A DNA stretch of 64,000 nucleotides from Callorhinchus milii (taxonomy: Eukaryota). A program made the translations under genes and the position numbers. The notes under the pieces are model-generated. The model was given only the letters and a program-made list of their open reading frames with translations, did not search any database and was not told where the DNA came from. Below, one piece after another: positions 38,284-52,312 of this stretch (its first letter is position 1; every line of letters begins with the position of its first letter). The stretch is from positions 132,000,001 through 132,064,000 of the forward strand of contig NW_024704742.1 in NCBI RefSeq assembly GCF_018977255.1, written 5' to 3'.

Positions 38284-39214
38284 GACCTGTCAGTGACTGT
38301 TTGTCATTAATATAACGGGGTGAGCAGAATTTCAATTACATTTCTCATTATATAAACGTATCTGGATCAAACTTTTTTATTTGTTTTTGCAAATCGTGAA
38401 ACAAACATAAAAGCGAGTTGGTTCAATAAATGTCTAGCCACTCGCAGTACATGAGAGATGAGAAGTTGTTCCATCAATTCATGTTTTACAGGCTGGCAAA
38501 CCCAACAACAGGAGCCACTGAACACTTTATGAAGAATCTTATTCAGTCATTCATCACATATCCAAACCTGTCTGCCACTGCACAAGTCTGACCGCACTGG
38601 AGCCCAGCCCCTTTCTCTATTAGTGTGTTGCTTAATCCACTTTACCTTCCTTCAAACGACTTCTATATGAAAAAGTCACACAAATGTCATACCGTAGGGA
38701 GTGCTCTTCCGGGTTGGAGGATAAGACTCGCTATTGAACAGGAATGATCACAAGAGAAGATTGCATGAAAAAGACTCTTCAACCTACTTGATTTCCAGTT
38801 AGCCATGTCGCCATCCACCCACCACTTGTTTATTAGATGAATCCAGTGCATTTGGGAGCAGAAATTCTTCCCACTCAGCTCCTGCTAACCCAAGTCCTGT
38901 ATACCTGTTCAGGTGGATGTTAAAAATCCCATGACACTAGTTGAAAAGAGAAGGGAGTTTTTCCCGGTGTACTGGCCAACAATCCCCCAAATAAAATTAG
39001 TCACTCACTCCACGGCTGTTTGTGGGACACTGCTGTGTGCAGCTGGCTGCTGCATTTTGCTCCCCAAATTCACAGCCACTCCACTTTTGCTGTGAAGTGT
39101 TTATGTTATTGTGTCACGTGAAGTGCTTTGAGTCAGCTCAATAACATGATGAGGTGCTATATCAAATGCAAGGATTATTATTGTGAGGATCTTTGTAAAA
39201 TACCTTCTGGACAT

Positions 39215-39560
39215 CTTTGCGCTATGTCATAAGATATCAGGCAATCAGTGTGGGATATCACCTCCTCAAGAAGGTCTTTGAGGTTGGTCAAATAAGGTGC
39301 ATCAACCACAACAACAATAGCATCAACAACACTTCCCAAGACGCTGGATAATGAAGGGTTAGCATCCGAGCTGGGGGTTGGAATCAAGATTGTGGAAGCA
39401 AGGTGGGTGTGTACACTGTGCTGGCTGTCATTTATTGGGTTATATTTATACAGGCAACAGGAACGAAGATTCCATTTTCTTTCCGAGATTGATTCCATCA
39501 GTTTTCCAATTATTGAGGTCAGGTTAATAGATCTGCAGTTGCCAGGCATAATTGGGAGAT
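39215..39560 (-). mobile_element. Decayed CR1 RT fragment
   Basis: PGNCRSINLTSIIGKLMESI and LTNL..LLEEV, matching CR1 RT PGNYRPVSLTS..GK/LTNLLEFFEEV. Confidence 0.65.
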
Positions 39561-40204
39561 TTACTTTGGATTTATTTATGCCCTACCTGACCATGATTGC
39601 AACACAATACAATTTACAATTTACATAACTCCTTATCACGTTGTCAAAAGTCCCAAAGCACTTCACAGGATTTATGATTGCGTGTGTTGACTCTGTGTTT
39701 TGTAGGTGAACAAGGCAGTCCATTTGGACACAGCAATGTCCCACCAAATAGCCATGCAGTAAATGATTAATTTTATCTGACAGATTGTTGGCTAGGAGAC
39801 TGGTGGAAACTCCTTTCTCTTTTTGAATAGTCCATCTGAACAGCCCGACCTCAGATTAATGTCTCATTAAAAGGACAGCACCTCCAACAGTGTAGTGCTC
39901 CTCCCAGCAAGTGATTACCTCCAATTCCATGAGCTCCAATGCTACCTCCTCATCTGGTGTGGGATTCTTTAAAATATCCATGCAAATGATATTCACGGAT
40001 CCTCCTCTATCTACCACTTCAGTAAATTCTGTCAAGAGAGTTCCGTTAAATTGGTTAGGCGTAGCACCTCTCACATTGCAAGAATGTCCAAAAGTGGATA
40101 TAGTGTAAAGTTCAGTGAATCCATTTATTTTAAAGTTGTGTGTTTTATGGGCAAATAGGTGGATTGTTGACTAGGACACTGGGAGAAATTCCTCTTGTTG
40201 TGTA

Positions 40205-40700
40205 GTGCAGCCCGTGCCCTCCCCCCGCACTAAACTCCGTGACCGCATCTTCCACATTCTCGCCCGACTCCACTGGCTCCCTATCCTTCAAAGGATCCAG
40301 TTCAACATCCTGGTCTTCACCTACAAAGCCTTCAATGATCTCACCCCACCCTATCTCTGTGACCTCCTAACCCCCTACCAACCCGCCCGCTCCCTCCGCT
40401 CAGCCGGCTCCAGCCTGCTCCATGTCCCCCGTCCCACCCGCTCCACCATTGACGGGAGAGCCTTCAGCCACTCTGCCCCCAACCTCTGGAACTCTATCCC
40501 CCAATCACTCTGCCTCACCTCCTCCTTAACCTCCTTCAAGTCCCGCCTCCAAACCCTCCTCTTCGACCATGCCATTAGTCACCCCCCTTCCCCTCCCTTC
40601 TCCCCCCTGACCACAGCTTGGGTCTGAAATGCTGTACACTGTCCAGCACCTTGGGACATCCTCCCAACGTGGGCTACACAAATGTAATCTTGTTGTTGTA
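40205..40700 (+). mobile_element. L2 3' fragment inserted in a SINE-B
   Basis: LARLHWLPILQRIQFNILVFTYK...RAFSHSAPNLWNS; ends AATGTAATCTTGTTGTTG. Confidence 0.88.
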
Positions 40701-41504
40701 GTGTCATGGGATCTATAAAGTCCACTGGAACAGGTAGATGGTACTTTGGTTTAACATTTCATCAAAAGGATGGCGCTCCGACCATGCAGCACTCCCCCAA
40801 TAGTATACTGGACTGTCAGCCTAGACTGAGTTCAAAGTTCCAACATGGGGCTTGAACCCACAACCTTCTGACTAAGAGGTGAGAGTGCTACCAACTGATC
40901 CAGGCTGACACCTAATATAATCCTCAAGTGAATTATACATTAATTCAACTCATCAAAACGTTTACTTGTTTGAAAACGGATCTTTGTTTGCTGCTTTAAA
41001 CTGTTCATGTTTTATTTTAAATGCAATCTTTATTAAAAAGAATAGAATTTATGATCTGTTTTTTCCTCTCCTTTAACGTGGCAGACAATACAAGCTTGAA
41101 ATCAGGACTGATCCCAGTTTGCATTTAATGTACCACTGCAACAATCTATATTCTTATTCCTTTTTTTCATAACAAAGTAATGATTTATAATGTGATTGGA
41201 AAGCAAACCCTGCTGTTCGAATATCTTAATAAGGGCAAGAATCCAACAATGCCATTTGTATAATGCCTTGTTCATGATGCTTGAAACAATGGGGGTAAAA
41301 GACGTTGGATTTCTTAACCTGTTCCTTATTGTTCATTTGCAATCCTCCCTTTTGTTTTGGGTCAGACAGATGTTCGATCTGAATAGCAACCCATCACAAA
41401 AACAGATTGAGTTTTATTATATTATTATAATATTATAATTATAATAACATAATAATAAATGATAAATAAATATAATAATAAATAATGTAATAATAAACAC
41501 ACAT

Positions 41505-42258
41505 TATAATAATAATCCTTGGATTTGATCTAGTGCCTTATATTGTTAAAATGTTTTGAAGTTCTTCACAGGATTTTACTGCAAATCATAGTGATTGTGT
41601 ATTTGTAGACGAATGTAGCAGACAATATATACACACAGCAATGTTGTGTATATTTTATGTTTTGAAATTATATATTTTGAAGAGAATGACCCATTTTATT
41701 CGGGGGATTATTGGCCAGGACACAGGGAGAAACTCCCTTCTCTCTTCAAATAGTGCCATGGGATCTTTGACATCCACCTGAACAACCAGGCAGGGTTAAC
41801 ATCTCAACCAAAGGATGGCACCTCCCATAATAATAATAATCCTTGCATTTGATATCGCGCCTTATCACATCTTCGAGACGTCTCAAAGCACTTCACAGAA
41901 TACACTGTAAAGTGAATTGACTGTATATTGTGTGGGCGAAATGCAGCAGCCAATTGCACACAACAAATTTCCCACAAACAGTTGTGGATTAAATTATTAT
42001 TTTTTTTGAAGAGATTATTACCCCCGGAAAACAATCCGCCAATCGACTAATAACCGGGTTCTAGTTACAGCTAGGTAAACAGAGCATGTGGAGTGAGGAA
42101 ACGTGCCTAACGTTTCGCCCTGCCCAGGAATCGAACCCGGGTCCTCTTGCTTGCAAGGCGAGTGCTCTAGCCAATGTGCCACAGGACTCCATAATGCAGT
42201 ATTCCCCCCAGCATTGTATTGAAGTGTCAGCCTAGACCATGAGCTCAAAGTCTCAGAG
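41505..42258 (-). mobile_element. SINE-B hosting SINE-A
   Basis: Host sequence on both sides of 41828-42190. Confidence 0.82.
41828..42190 (-). mobile_element. SINE-A, full length, nested in SINE-B with ATAAT duplication
   Basis: Intact B box GGTTCGATTCC; host SINE-B reads CCTCCC-ATAAT on the left and ATAAT-GCAG on the right. Confidence 0.92.
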
Positions 42259-43384
42259 CAATACAAATGCCTGGCGTTGTTCTTGAATGCAGGAGATCAC
42301 AGCTGCATTGTTCTAAACTAAGAATAGATTGCAGTTTTTTTTTAAAAAGTCAGTGTCAGTGACAGCATTGCTAACTACGTAATGAACAATAAACTGCTAA
42401 AACTCATCTGTAATAGGCAGCAGTGTAAAGGAATTCCCTTTGGACAAATTATTTTATATTGAGATTTTGTTTAATGCTTCCGAATATAGGTCCCTGTGTA
42501 GCAGTGTGACATTAATTTACCATTGCCTGCAGTGGTTGGATGGTAAGAACAAACAAGGCGAGCCTGATTTCTTTTCGAGGAGTGGAGGGATTTGAGATAA
42601 TATTAGTAGCCACAGCTGCAAGACAATTAAAATGCACAGCATTACTTGAGCAGGAATGTGGACGAAATCCAAACGCTCTGAGGGTTCAAACTTCAGTTCG
42701 TCTCTAACCTACTATGCCAAAGGCTTTCTAGGAATTAGGGCACGAGCACAATACATTAAAATGCATGTTGAAGTCTAGGGTTATCACTCTAATTCCTTCC
42801 TGGGGGGTGTCGGAGGTGCTGTTCTTCGGATGAGATGTTAAACCAGATGGACCTCAAAGATTCCATGGCACTAATCGAAAAGAGAAAGGAATTTCTGCTG
42901 GTGTTCCAGTCAATAATCAGTCGATTTATGCTTGATAGTTGAATCCACAGGTAATTGAAGTCGTGAGTCATGTATTAGAGCTTGTCCCAAAGCAGAACTC
43001 AGGTCTCTAATATACCACAGAACTTCCGCAAAAGTTTGCGACAATTGAAGTCACTGACAACCCAGATTCCACACTTACCTACAGATTTAAAGAAGATCCA
43101 ACAGGTGAAGGTCACATGGATCACCTCAAAGCATATCAGTTCCTACATCTTTCGCCATGGAAAACAATGGGAGATTCCTATGGAAAGGTATGGAAAATAA
43201 TGGGAAGCTATCAACTGAGCCAGACTGACACGCAACAGGGATCGAGATCTGGTGGCGTGCCATTCACTGATAACTCAGGGTCATCAAACTGTGCAGCACC
43301 CAAACTGTCAACTGGGGTCAAGCTCGTCTGGGACTTCTTCAGCTTGGTGTGGCTGTTTCGTGCTGAAGGTTGGCTTTCTCAATT

Positions 43385-43403
43385 AAGCCACCAGGGGAGC
43401 TAT
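43385..43403 (+). promoter_or_regulatory. Candidate CTCF-binding motif
   Basis: AAGCCACCAGGGGAGCTAT versus the core CCACCAGG(G/T)GGCGC; lies in unique sequence. Confidence 0.45.
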
Positions 43404-44107
43404 TGTTTGCACAGCTTGACTAAAATCGTATTAGTTACCTGCAGACCAGCCAGCTGAGGAGAAAATAACTCCTAGCACTTAACATGCAAGAAATTGCGCG
43501 ACGTGAAAGGGAGATTATAAACCTCAGCATTAAATATTTAGGCATCGCGATGCACTCAGCTCTCTTTCTGTAAACTATTAACACATAAAAGAAGGATCGG
43601 ATGAGGCACAGGAGACACTGTGACTTGGCAGGTCAGCAGCAAGAGTTAGAACAACGAGGGATTGAGAAGAGAACTGGAGAAGGGGGGAAAAAAAACACTT
43701 TGAGTGGATGGTTAGCAGGCTTGAAATAACATGGCCCAACCTTCACTTGTTACATCCATCTGATCAATGAGGCAGAAGTGGAACCATTTGCTAACAAATA
43801 AAAGAACCCAAAAGGACTCGTTTTTTTTTTAGCTTACACATATATTCGCTGTGTGGCAATTTATTTTTCTCGAGCTAAGTCGACAGCTTCAATCATGTGT
43901 CCATAACCCTGCAGTACACAGATTACAAACGCCGAGCTGATTGGAATTATCTCAGTGAAACGTCCTGGGATCGAAAGCCAAACCACAGCAGGAAAATCAA
44001 TTTCTCAATAAATCACCAGCAGAATAACTGAATGTTTAAAGGAACAATAGCCTGTTCAGGAGGAAGTTAAAGATCCCATGGCATATTCAAAAGAAAAAGG
44101 GGCTTCA

Positions 44108-44412
44108 CAGAATCATAGAATCTTATAGCACATAAGGAGGCCATTCAGCCCATCGTGCCTCTGCCAGCTCTTTGAAAGATCTACCTGATTAGTCCCACTA
44201 CCGTGGTTCTTTCCCCACAGCCTAACATTTTTTTTCTTTTCAAGTCCTGTATCTACCTAATTCCCTCTTGAAAATTATTATTGAATCTGCTTCACCCATC
44301 CTTTCAGGCAATGTATTCCAGGTCGTAACAACTCACTACATAAAGAAAAATTCTCCTCATCTCCCCTCTGGTTCTTTTGCCAATTATCTTAAATTTGTGT
44401 CCTCCGGTTACT
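44108..44412 (-). mobile_element. CR1 3' end
   Basis: CAGAATCATAGAATC...GGAGGCCATTCAGCCCATCGTGCC tail. Confidence 0.85.
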
Positions 44413-45574
44413 GGCTCCACCACTGTTAAGCGCTCTGGGATGCTATCCATTCTCCTGATGGGAAAGTGCTATATTAAACTTAAGGATTATTATTATCCTT
44501 TTAACCCTTCAAATCCTCGACTACCAAAACTTTAATAATGTATGTAAAGGGCAGCAGATTGCACAGATACAATTCACGTTGCTCACAAGGCACGATTGAC
44601 TAGAGTGCAATTTCCCCCACTGGAGTTAAGGGCTTGATCCCATAGGAGTGTGCCCAGGGCTCGAAATTACTGTATCACAGTGGCACTTATAGCTGTTTGC
44701 GGGATATTACTGTTCACTACAAAATAGGCAGTCACAAAACTTTACAGTAAATTCTGCAAAGTGTTTTGAGAAAACTTCCTGATGTGCAAAAGCCTGCCTC
44801 AAATGGAAGAATTGTTATTATTATTATTTTTTATGTTTGAATCATAGAAATTACAACACAGAAAAATTACATTGGTTCATTGATGCTATCTTCTCCATTG
44901 GAGCTATCTTCAGTACATTAATCCTAATTTGGCCAAAATGCTGTGCAGGAAGGAGCATCTTCTTTAAATCATCTACCAAGAACTGGACATCATTCATGAC
45001 CATATCCCAATCTAACATCCTTAAACTGAAGCGACATATCAGGGATTAATACGCACATCAGCTTTGCTCGCAATCAGTTTGGTACCAAGGATTAGATGCA
45101 GGCAGGAAGTTAAGGATAAAAGTACAAAAATGCATTTTTTTTAGAAAGAGAAACTAGATCAAGTGTATATTTCAGCAAGTGCATCAAGGATTAGATTTTG
45201 TTTCCAACCCACTACTCACCAGAAATTACTTCCTCACCACTGAACTACTATATACTATAGTTAGTCAAGTGTAAAATGCAGGCTCCCTCAATGGCTCAGT
45301 TGGCAAGCCTCTAGCCCTCGCGTACCTCTGAGCTGCAAAGAACTGCAAGCTCCTGATTCCTGCGCAGGTTCTCTCGACTTGACAGCGATGCGTTAAAAAC
45401 AACAACAGCTTGCATTTATATAGCATCCCTCTCACAGGGTAGTTTCCCAGAGCGCTTGAAAATTAGCATTTGTTCAGGAAACGTGGCTCAAGTTTTTCTG
45501 CAGCATTGATGATTCAGAATAAGAAACAATAAAATGGAACTAGAAACAATAAGAATAATGATCCTTACAGTTGA

Positions 45575-45995
45575 TTATTATTATTATTGATGCAGCAAAT
45601 TTCACCTCAGGAGGATGTCTCAAAACACAGGATTTTACTCTAAACTATTTTGTAGGTGATTGCAGTAGCCCGTTGGTGCACAAATGTCCTACAAAGTACC
45701 ATGGAGTGAGTGACCAACTTTCTTTGGAGAATTGTTGGCCAGGGCATCGGGAGAAACTCCCTTCACTTTTCAAATAGTGCAATGGAATCCTTAATCTCTA
45801 GATGAATAGGTAAATGGTGCCTCTGTTTAATCTATTATTTGCAGATCAGCATCTCTGACAATTCAGTGCTTCCAGAGAATCCCACTGGAGCTTCAGTCTA
45901 GAATGGGAGTCTCAAAGTCCCAATGTGGGATTTGAACCCACTATCTTCTGACCCGGAGGCGAGAGTGGTACTTTACCAACTGAGCCAGGCTGACA
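45575..45995 (-). mobile_element. SINE-B
   Basis: Ends CAACTGAGCCAGGCTGACAC (head complement). Confidence 0.83.
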
Positions 45996-46576
45996 CAAAG
46001 CTATTGCTCTAGTTCCAAATGAAACACTTTTCCATGTCCACCCCACTGACCTCCTTCTTGGTTTCGAAAACTTGAATGCCTTCCCCTTGTCTTCGATTTT
46101 CCAATAAGCACAGGTTGAACCTTTTTGGACTCTAAGAAATCTCTGTGGCCTTCTTTTGAAACCTTTCCAACATCTGGGAGCTGGTACATCTAATAAGGGA
46201 GATCAATAGTACCCCTTTCCACTGGTTGGTTTCGATGTTTGGAATATATTCGAATCCCTTGTGGAAAGAGGAATGCGCTGATGGTTAAGGATCAGGACTT
46301 TTGATATTTGAAACATGACTGCATATTGTGTGGATCACTTCAGATAGAAACGGAGCACTCTCTGTTTATATAAGGTTCTATTGATTCCAGCTCAAGGTAA
46401 CTGCCTTGATCATTAGGAAGGAATAAACAAACAGTGAAGATCGAAGGAGACAGCAAAAGAAATGACAAAAGAAGCAGGTTAGTTTGGAGGCAATACAGTG
46501 TGAGAGACTTGAATGCTCAGTGCACCTATAATGCAATCACTACTTTCTAGAATAATAATCCTATGCATTTGATATA

Positions 46577-46627
46577 TTTTTGGTCAGCTGGGTGTCTGAC
46601 ACATGCAGAAGAGTACCCAAACCAAGA
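46577..46627 (-). mobile_element. Family C, extreme 3' end
   Basis: T5-GGTCAGCTGGGTGTCTGACACATGCAGAA. Confidence 0.7.
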
Positions 46628-46701
46628 TTTACTGTAAACCTTATGGGCTGTTAATTTGTGGCTGAAGTTAATTTCTATGCAGTCATGTCCCACAAGCAGC
46701 C

Positions 46702-47203
46702 AACAACAACAACAACGTTGGAGGTGGCCGTAAGCTCGGTCGAACAGGAAAGTTTTGGACTTGTAAGAGTGGAGAGATAGGGCAAGGCAGAGGGATTGAG
46801 GAAGAGCATTCCAGAGTTTTGGGGCAGAGTGGCTGAAAGCATGAGCTCCAAGGGTGTGGCGAAGGGTGTGAGGGTCAAGCAGGAGGCCGGTGCCAGTCGA
46901 GCGGAGGCGCTGGCTGGTGGAGTGGGGAGTGAGGAGGTCAGAGAGGTAGGGAGGTACCATGGAGTGAATGCATTTGAACACGAGTGTGAGGATCTTGAAG
47001 TTGATCTGTTCGGTGATGGGGAGCCAGTGGAGCCTGGGCCAGAACTGGTGAGATGTGGGTACAGAGTTTAGTCCAGGTCAGTATATGGGCAGCAGAGTTT
47101 TGAATGAGCTGGATCTTGTGAATGGTGGAGCTGGGGAGACCGGCGAGAAGTGCGTTGGCGTAATCCAAGCGGGAGGTGACAAACGCATGCACGAGGGGTT
47201 CAG
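46702..47203 (-). mobile_element. L2 3' fragment inserted in a SINE-B
   Basis: [19 protein letters not shown]...IQNSAA; AFSHSAPKLWNALP; (CAA)n at 46702. Confidence 0.87.
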
Positions 47204-48272
47204 GATGTGAATGATCAATTGTATCTGGGGTATTGTTGGCCAGGACGCAGGGAGAAACCCCCGTCTCTTCTCAAATAGTGCCAAGAGATCTCTAGCTTCT
47301 GCCCGAACAACAACAACCACAACAACCGGAACAACAACTTGCATTTATATAGAGGTCGTCACAGGCGTAGCATCACAGGCGCTTAAACATCAGACAGGTC
47401 TCTTCTGAACAATGGCACCACTGTCAAAGCAGTGCTTCCCCCAGTAATGTACTGGTCTGTCAGCCTACACTGTTAGCTCAAAGTCCCATTAGGGAGTTCA
47501 AACCCAGATCCTTCTGACTCAGAGGCGAGGTTCCGGCTACTTGTTTAAGTGGATATTATAGATCCCATGACACTTTTTGAAACGAGAAAGGAGCTTCTTC
47601 CGTGTCCTGGGCAACAAACCTCCGCATGAAATCTCCTTCATGACTGTTTGTAGGACATTGCTGTATGCAAATTGGCCTCAGTGTTTGCCTAACGATACAG
47701 TAAATCCCGCGAAGAGCTTTGAGATGCCTCGATGACGTAATAAGGATTATTAACAGTGGCAACATGAGTTCAAAATGAAAAATATCACCAATACATCCAG
47801 ATTACCACTATTTGTGGATCAATTTAACAGCAAAGAGGATATACGACGGTCTATAAAAAAAATTAAGTGCAGGAATCTCTTCATTACTTTTTTATAATAG
47901 CATTTCCCATTATAAAGAAGTAACGGAACGATCACTATTTTTAACAAGCAACGCATGATAGACTCAAGATAGTCCCTCAGCTTTCCCAATTTCTAGATAT
48001 TCAAGCAGAACCAGTGTACTGTACAATTATGTTCCACAGATAAAGAGGCCACATTCGATACTGTTCACTGGAGAGGAGGAAATATTGCCTCAGGTGATGC
48101 TCAGTTAAGATCAACTCACATGAATATTTCAAATCTGTGCTGCGCGACTTGTAGCAAACCAAATTTAAGGTGGACTGGGAAAAGGTTGCAGCGTGAGTCA
48201 AAACAAAAAGTTGCTGCTGCAGTTGTCCAATGGTATATACTCCTGTTCCTGTGTAAATTTTGTACAAAAATT

Positions 48273-48662
48273 TGCCAGGCTCAGTTGATATCACTTTCAC
48301 CTCTGAATCCGATAGCTGTGGTTTCAGAGCCCCACATGGGGACTGGCAATCACACAGTCTAAGATGACACTCCAATGCAGCAATGAGGGAGTATTGCATT
48401 GTCAGAAGTGCTATATTTCTGGACATTAAAGATCCCATGGCATTATTTGAAAAGAGAAGGGAATTTATCCTGGCCAACAATCCCCCAAACAAAATAAGTG
48501 ACTAGATTCATGGCTGTTTGTAGGACATTGTTGTGCGCAATTGTGCTGCCACATTTGCCTCCAAATACAGTCACTTCATTTCACAGTTAATTCTATGAAG
48601 CGCTTTGAGAAATCCTTCTGATGTGCTAAGGTGTTATAGAATACGCAAGGCTTATTATTATT
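48273..48662 (+). mobile_element. SINE-B
   Basis: Head, core and tail present. Confidence 0.82.
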
Positions 48663-50584
48663 AATAAACCATGGTGCTGACTATGCTTCTTCAGATGGAT
48701 GTTAAAAGATCCCATGGCAACATGCAGAAAGAAAAGATCATTTATTTCATAGCTGTTTGTGGGACATTGCTGTGTACAAATTGACTGCCCCCTTCACCTA
48801 TAAATACACAGCCATTACATGTTTTGGAAAAGCTCTGTGAAGGATGTTTCGATGTGATAAGTTGCAATAATAAATGCATGAATTATTATTTAGAAGAATA
48901 ATTATAAAATGCATTTTGAAATACAACTAATTTCTCCGCCTTCTTCCAGATTTCTGAATATTGGTACAACAACAACTTGCATTTTATAGAGCGCCCTTTA
49001 CCATGGGGTAACGTCTCGGAACTTTTGGTCGCGTCCAAATCCCTTTGAAAGTCTCTTTGAACCACCATCTTGGAATCCATCTTTAATGAACTCACCCACA
49101 CATGGAATTCTGCTACCAATCAATATATTCAATAAACGGAAGCTTCAGGCAACCTTCAGGCCCAACCTATAGGGATTCTGATGACAACTAATAGCCCTTC
49201 GGGGTTTTACGAATAACTTCTCTGGTCTTGACAAGTAGCTCTAAGGATTGGAAGAGAGCGTAAAGTACTGTTAATCTTTAACACTGTGGCAGAACATTTG
49301 TCCCCATAGTGGTAGCTTTGATAACCTCTGAAATAGGCAGGAGTCAGAGCACATGCTCTGGGCACAAGGACTGGTGGAAGCAATTCTTACAACAATTAGT
49401 TTTTTCTAAGTGAAGAAAACAATAATTTGTCCCCATCAGTATGGATATCCATAAATCAATTGGATGTTTTACTTTGTTTCCCACGATACCTCAGACACCC
49501 CCAAAAAAATTGGTTGTGCACTTTGTGGCTGTTATTGCAATACTGCTCCCGAAGCGCTATTTGAAAAGAAAAGGGACTTTCTCCCAAATGTCTTGGCAGA
49601 CAATTTCCCGGGTAAAATTAATCATTCAGTCCTTGGCAGTTTTGTGGTGCATTACTGTGCACAAATTGGCTGTCGGGTTCACCTGTTAACACAAGAAACC
49701 TTTAAACATGTTCTGACATGGTATCAAATATAAGGATTATGAATAGTATCTTATTTTCTTGTGAGGCTCCTTTGGTCTCCAATTCTTGGCTAAGGATGCA
49801 GATGGTCCTTCAAACTTCAGCCTGGCTGGCAGCATGAACAAGAGCAGCCCAAGCCCCCAAATTCTTCTGGTTTTAGACTTAAGACCATTGTCTTAAAATT
49901 GAAGATAATGCAGAATTTTGGAAAACTCTTAAATTCAGCCATAACTTGAAAGAACTGCACAAATCCTGGTTAAAAAACATTCTTGCATTTGACATTGCGC
50001 CTTTCATGTCGGGAGGATGTTTCTAAGCACTTCAAAGAATTTACTGTAAAGTATAAAGTATAGTGACTGTGTATGTTGTAGGTAAATGCAGCTGCCCATT
50101 TTGCTCACAGCAATGCCCTACAAACATTAAGTGAATGACCAATATTATCCAGCAGATTGTTGGCCAGCACTCCCGGAGAACCTCCCTTCTCTTTTTAGAA
50201 TAGAGCCATGGGATCTTTAACATCCACTGCCAGATGAATCATCATTTTCTTGACATCTCATAGAAACATAGAAATAGCAGTAGCCTGTTACGCCATTTTA
50301 TAAGATTATGGTTGATCTGTAACTCAAGTCCAGTTACCTATCATTGCCCCATATCCCTTAATACCCTGATGTAACAAATATTTATCCTTAGGACAGCACC
50401 TATGGCAATGCAGCATACTATGGCAATGCAGCATAACCCTAGCATTGCACTGAATTGTCGGCCCAGATGATATGAATCCAAAGTCCCGACTTCTAAATTT
50501 AGTTGGTTGAAAAATAAAATTGCACAACCTTAAATGTCACGTCAAACGTCTCGAAGATTCAACTATGGAAATTTCAGACCTTTG

Positions 50585-50815
50585 GAGTGATTCTCCCTCT
50601 ACATTCAGCATCTCTAAACTCTCTTCCCCAATCCCTCCACCTTGCTCCCTCCTTCTTCTCTTTTAGATCACGACTGAAGAACTTCCTCTTTAACCATACG
50701 TACGGTCCCCTCTTCCTGCCATCCCCAATCACTGGTTCAGGGTCAGAATCCACCACTGTTCAGTGCTCCGAGATGCCATGTGACGGCCGCTATACAAATG
50801 CAAGTTGTTGTTATT
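50585..50815 (+). mobile_element. L2 3' end
   Basis: NSLPQSLHLAPS..FRSRLKNFLF; ends GCTATACAAATGCAAGTTGTTGTT. Confidence 0.75.
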
Positions 50816-51669
50816 GTAAACTCTCTGTCCACTCCACTGTTCCCCGGGGGGGGGGGAGGGAGAGATGGGGGGAGTGAAAAATAATATTAATAATAATAAT
50901 CCTTGCATTTGATACAGGGTCTTATCACATCTCAAAACACTTCACATTATATACTGTGTATTTCGTAGATGAAACGCAGTAGCCAGCAGAGTGCCACAAA
51001 CAGTTGTGGATTGAGTGACCAAAGCATTTTTTTTGGAGGGATTATTAACTCCGGAAAGTGATTCGCCTATCATTTAACAACCAGGTTCCTACTTTTTGTT
51101 AGGTAAGTAGAGGTGTGTGAAGTAAGGAAACGTGGAAAGTAAGTATTGTTTGACACCTGGGTAACACTGACTTGAGGCTGCGCTGTACTATTCAACGGCA
51201 CAACGCACTGTGCCATTCTGCACTCAACCCTTTGCTTCTGTGATTTGCTTTCCTTAAACAAAAGTGGCACAAAAACACAGCGAACTGACATAACCTATAC
51301 AGCTCTCTGTTCTTTTAACAGGAAAGGCCGGAATTGACTGTTCTGGGTCAGTGATTCTGCCCTCAGCCCATTAAGGTAAAACCACTTCCCCCGGACCGTC
51401 GCATGAATGCAGAACACAACAATGGGAGGAATGGAAATTACGTCCCAGGTTTCTATTGCCAAGTGATCCAAAATGAGTGAAATCATTCCTGTCACTTTTG
51501 CATTGAAAGCAGGATACCAATTTTGTTGTTAATCCTACTTTTAGCATAATTGCAGTAAATCTGCTAATGCATTGCCAGGCAACATCTAAAAATGTCAATT
51601 AGGCCACCTTTTAAAGGGTGGGCCAAGCAAAAATAAAGCAACCTGTTTTGCACAGTTACTGTACATACA

Positions 51670-52082
51670 ATAATAAAAAATCCTTACTTTTAGTACAATG
51701 CCATTCACATTAGGAACTCGTTTCAAAGCTCTTCACAGGATTTTACTGTCAAGTGAGGTGACTGTGTATTTTGTAGGTGAACTCGGCAACCAATTTGTGT
51801 ACAGCAATGTTCCAAAAACAGCCATGAAGTGAATGATGGATTTTATTTGGAGAATTGCTGACCAGGATACTGGAGAAAATCCATTTACTTTCTACTTCAT
51901 TGCTAAGGGATCTCTGATGTGCCGCTGAACAGGCAGATGGGAGCTCAGTGTTTTACGCCTCATCCGAAGACGGCACCTCTGTCAGCCTAGAATATGTGAG
52001 TTCAATGTCCCAACTTTTGGCTTGAAACCCTCAAACCCACAATCTCCTGATTCAGCTGCCAACTGAGCCAGACTGACACCTA
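51670..52082 (-). mobile_element. SINE-B
   Basis: Head, core and tail present. Confidence 0.82.
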
Positions 52083-52175
52083 AGTGCAAATGGGCTCAAA
52101 GTATAGATTTTATAATGTTTTACTTTAAGAGAAATGCACCATGGGTCGGGGTGAACAAATTGCTGTGCGTGAATT

Positions 52176-52312
52176 GATAATTAACACTGGTGATGACTAT
52201 CATGGGTACGTGATGTGACAGTTGCCACTGGTAATGATTGTCATGCAGTATGTGATGTGATAATTGTCATCAGTGATAATTATCATGTAGTATATAATGT
52301 AATAATTATCAC
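52176..52312 (+). repeat. Degenerate ~42-bp minisatellite, ~3.3 units
   Basis: GATAATTAACACTGGTGATGACTATCATGGGTACGTGATGT / GACAGTTGCCACTGGTAATGATTGTCATGCAGTATGTGATGT / GATAATTGTCATCAGTGATAATTATCATGTAGTATATAATGT. Confidence 0.75.

Noticed and set aside
48040..48093. Possible 54-nt exon after TTCCACAG
   Set aside because: Poor donor (GTGATG) and unrecognised peptide; would need RNA-seq support.
49178..49216. CTGATGA...CCC-TTCG-GGG...GAAT hammerhead-like motif
   Set aside because: No GAAA, stem II does not close on the core, and there is no stem I/III; likely chance.
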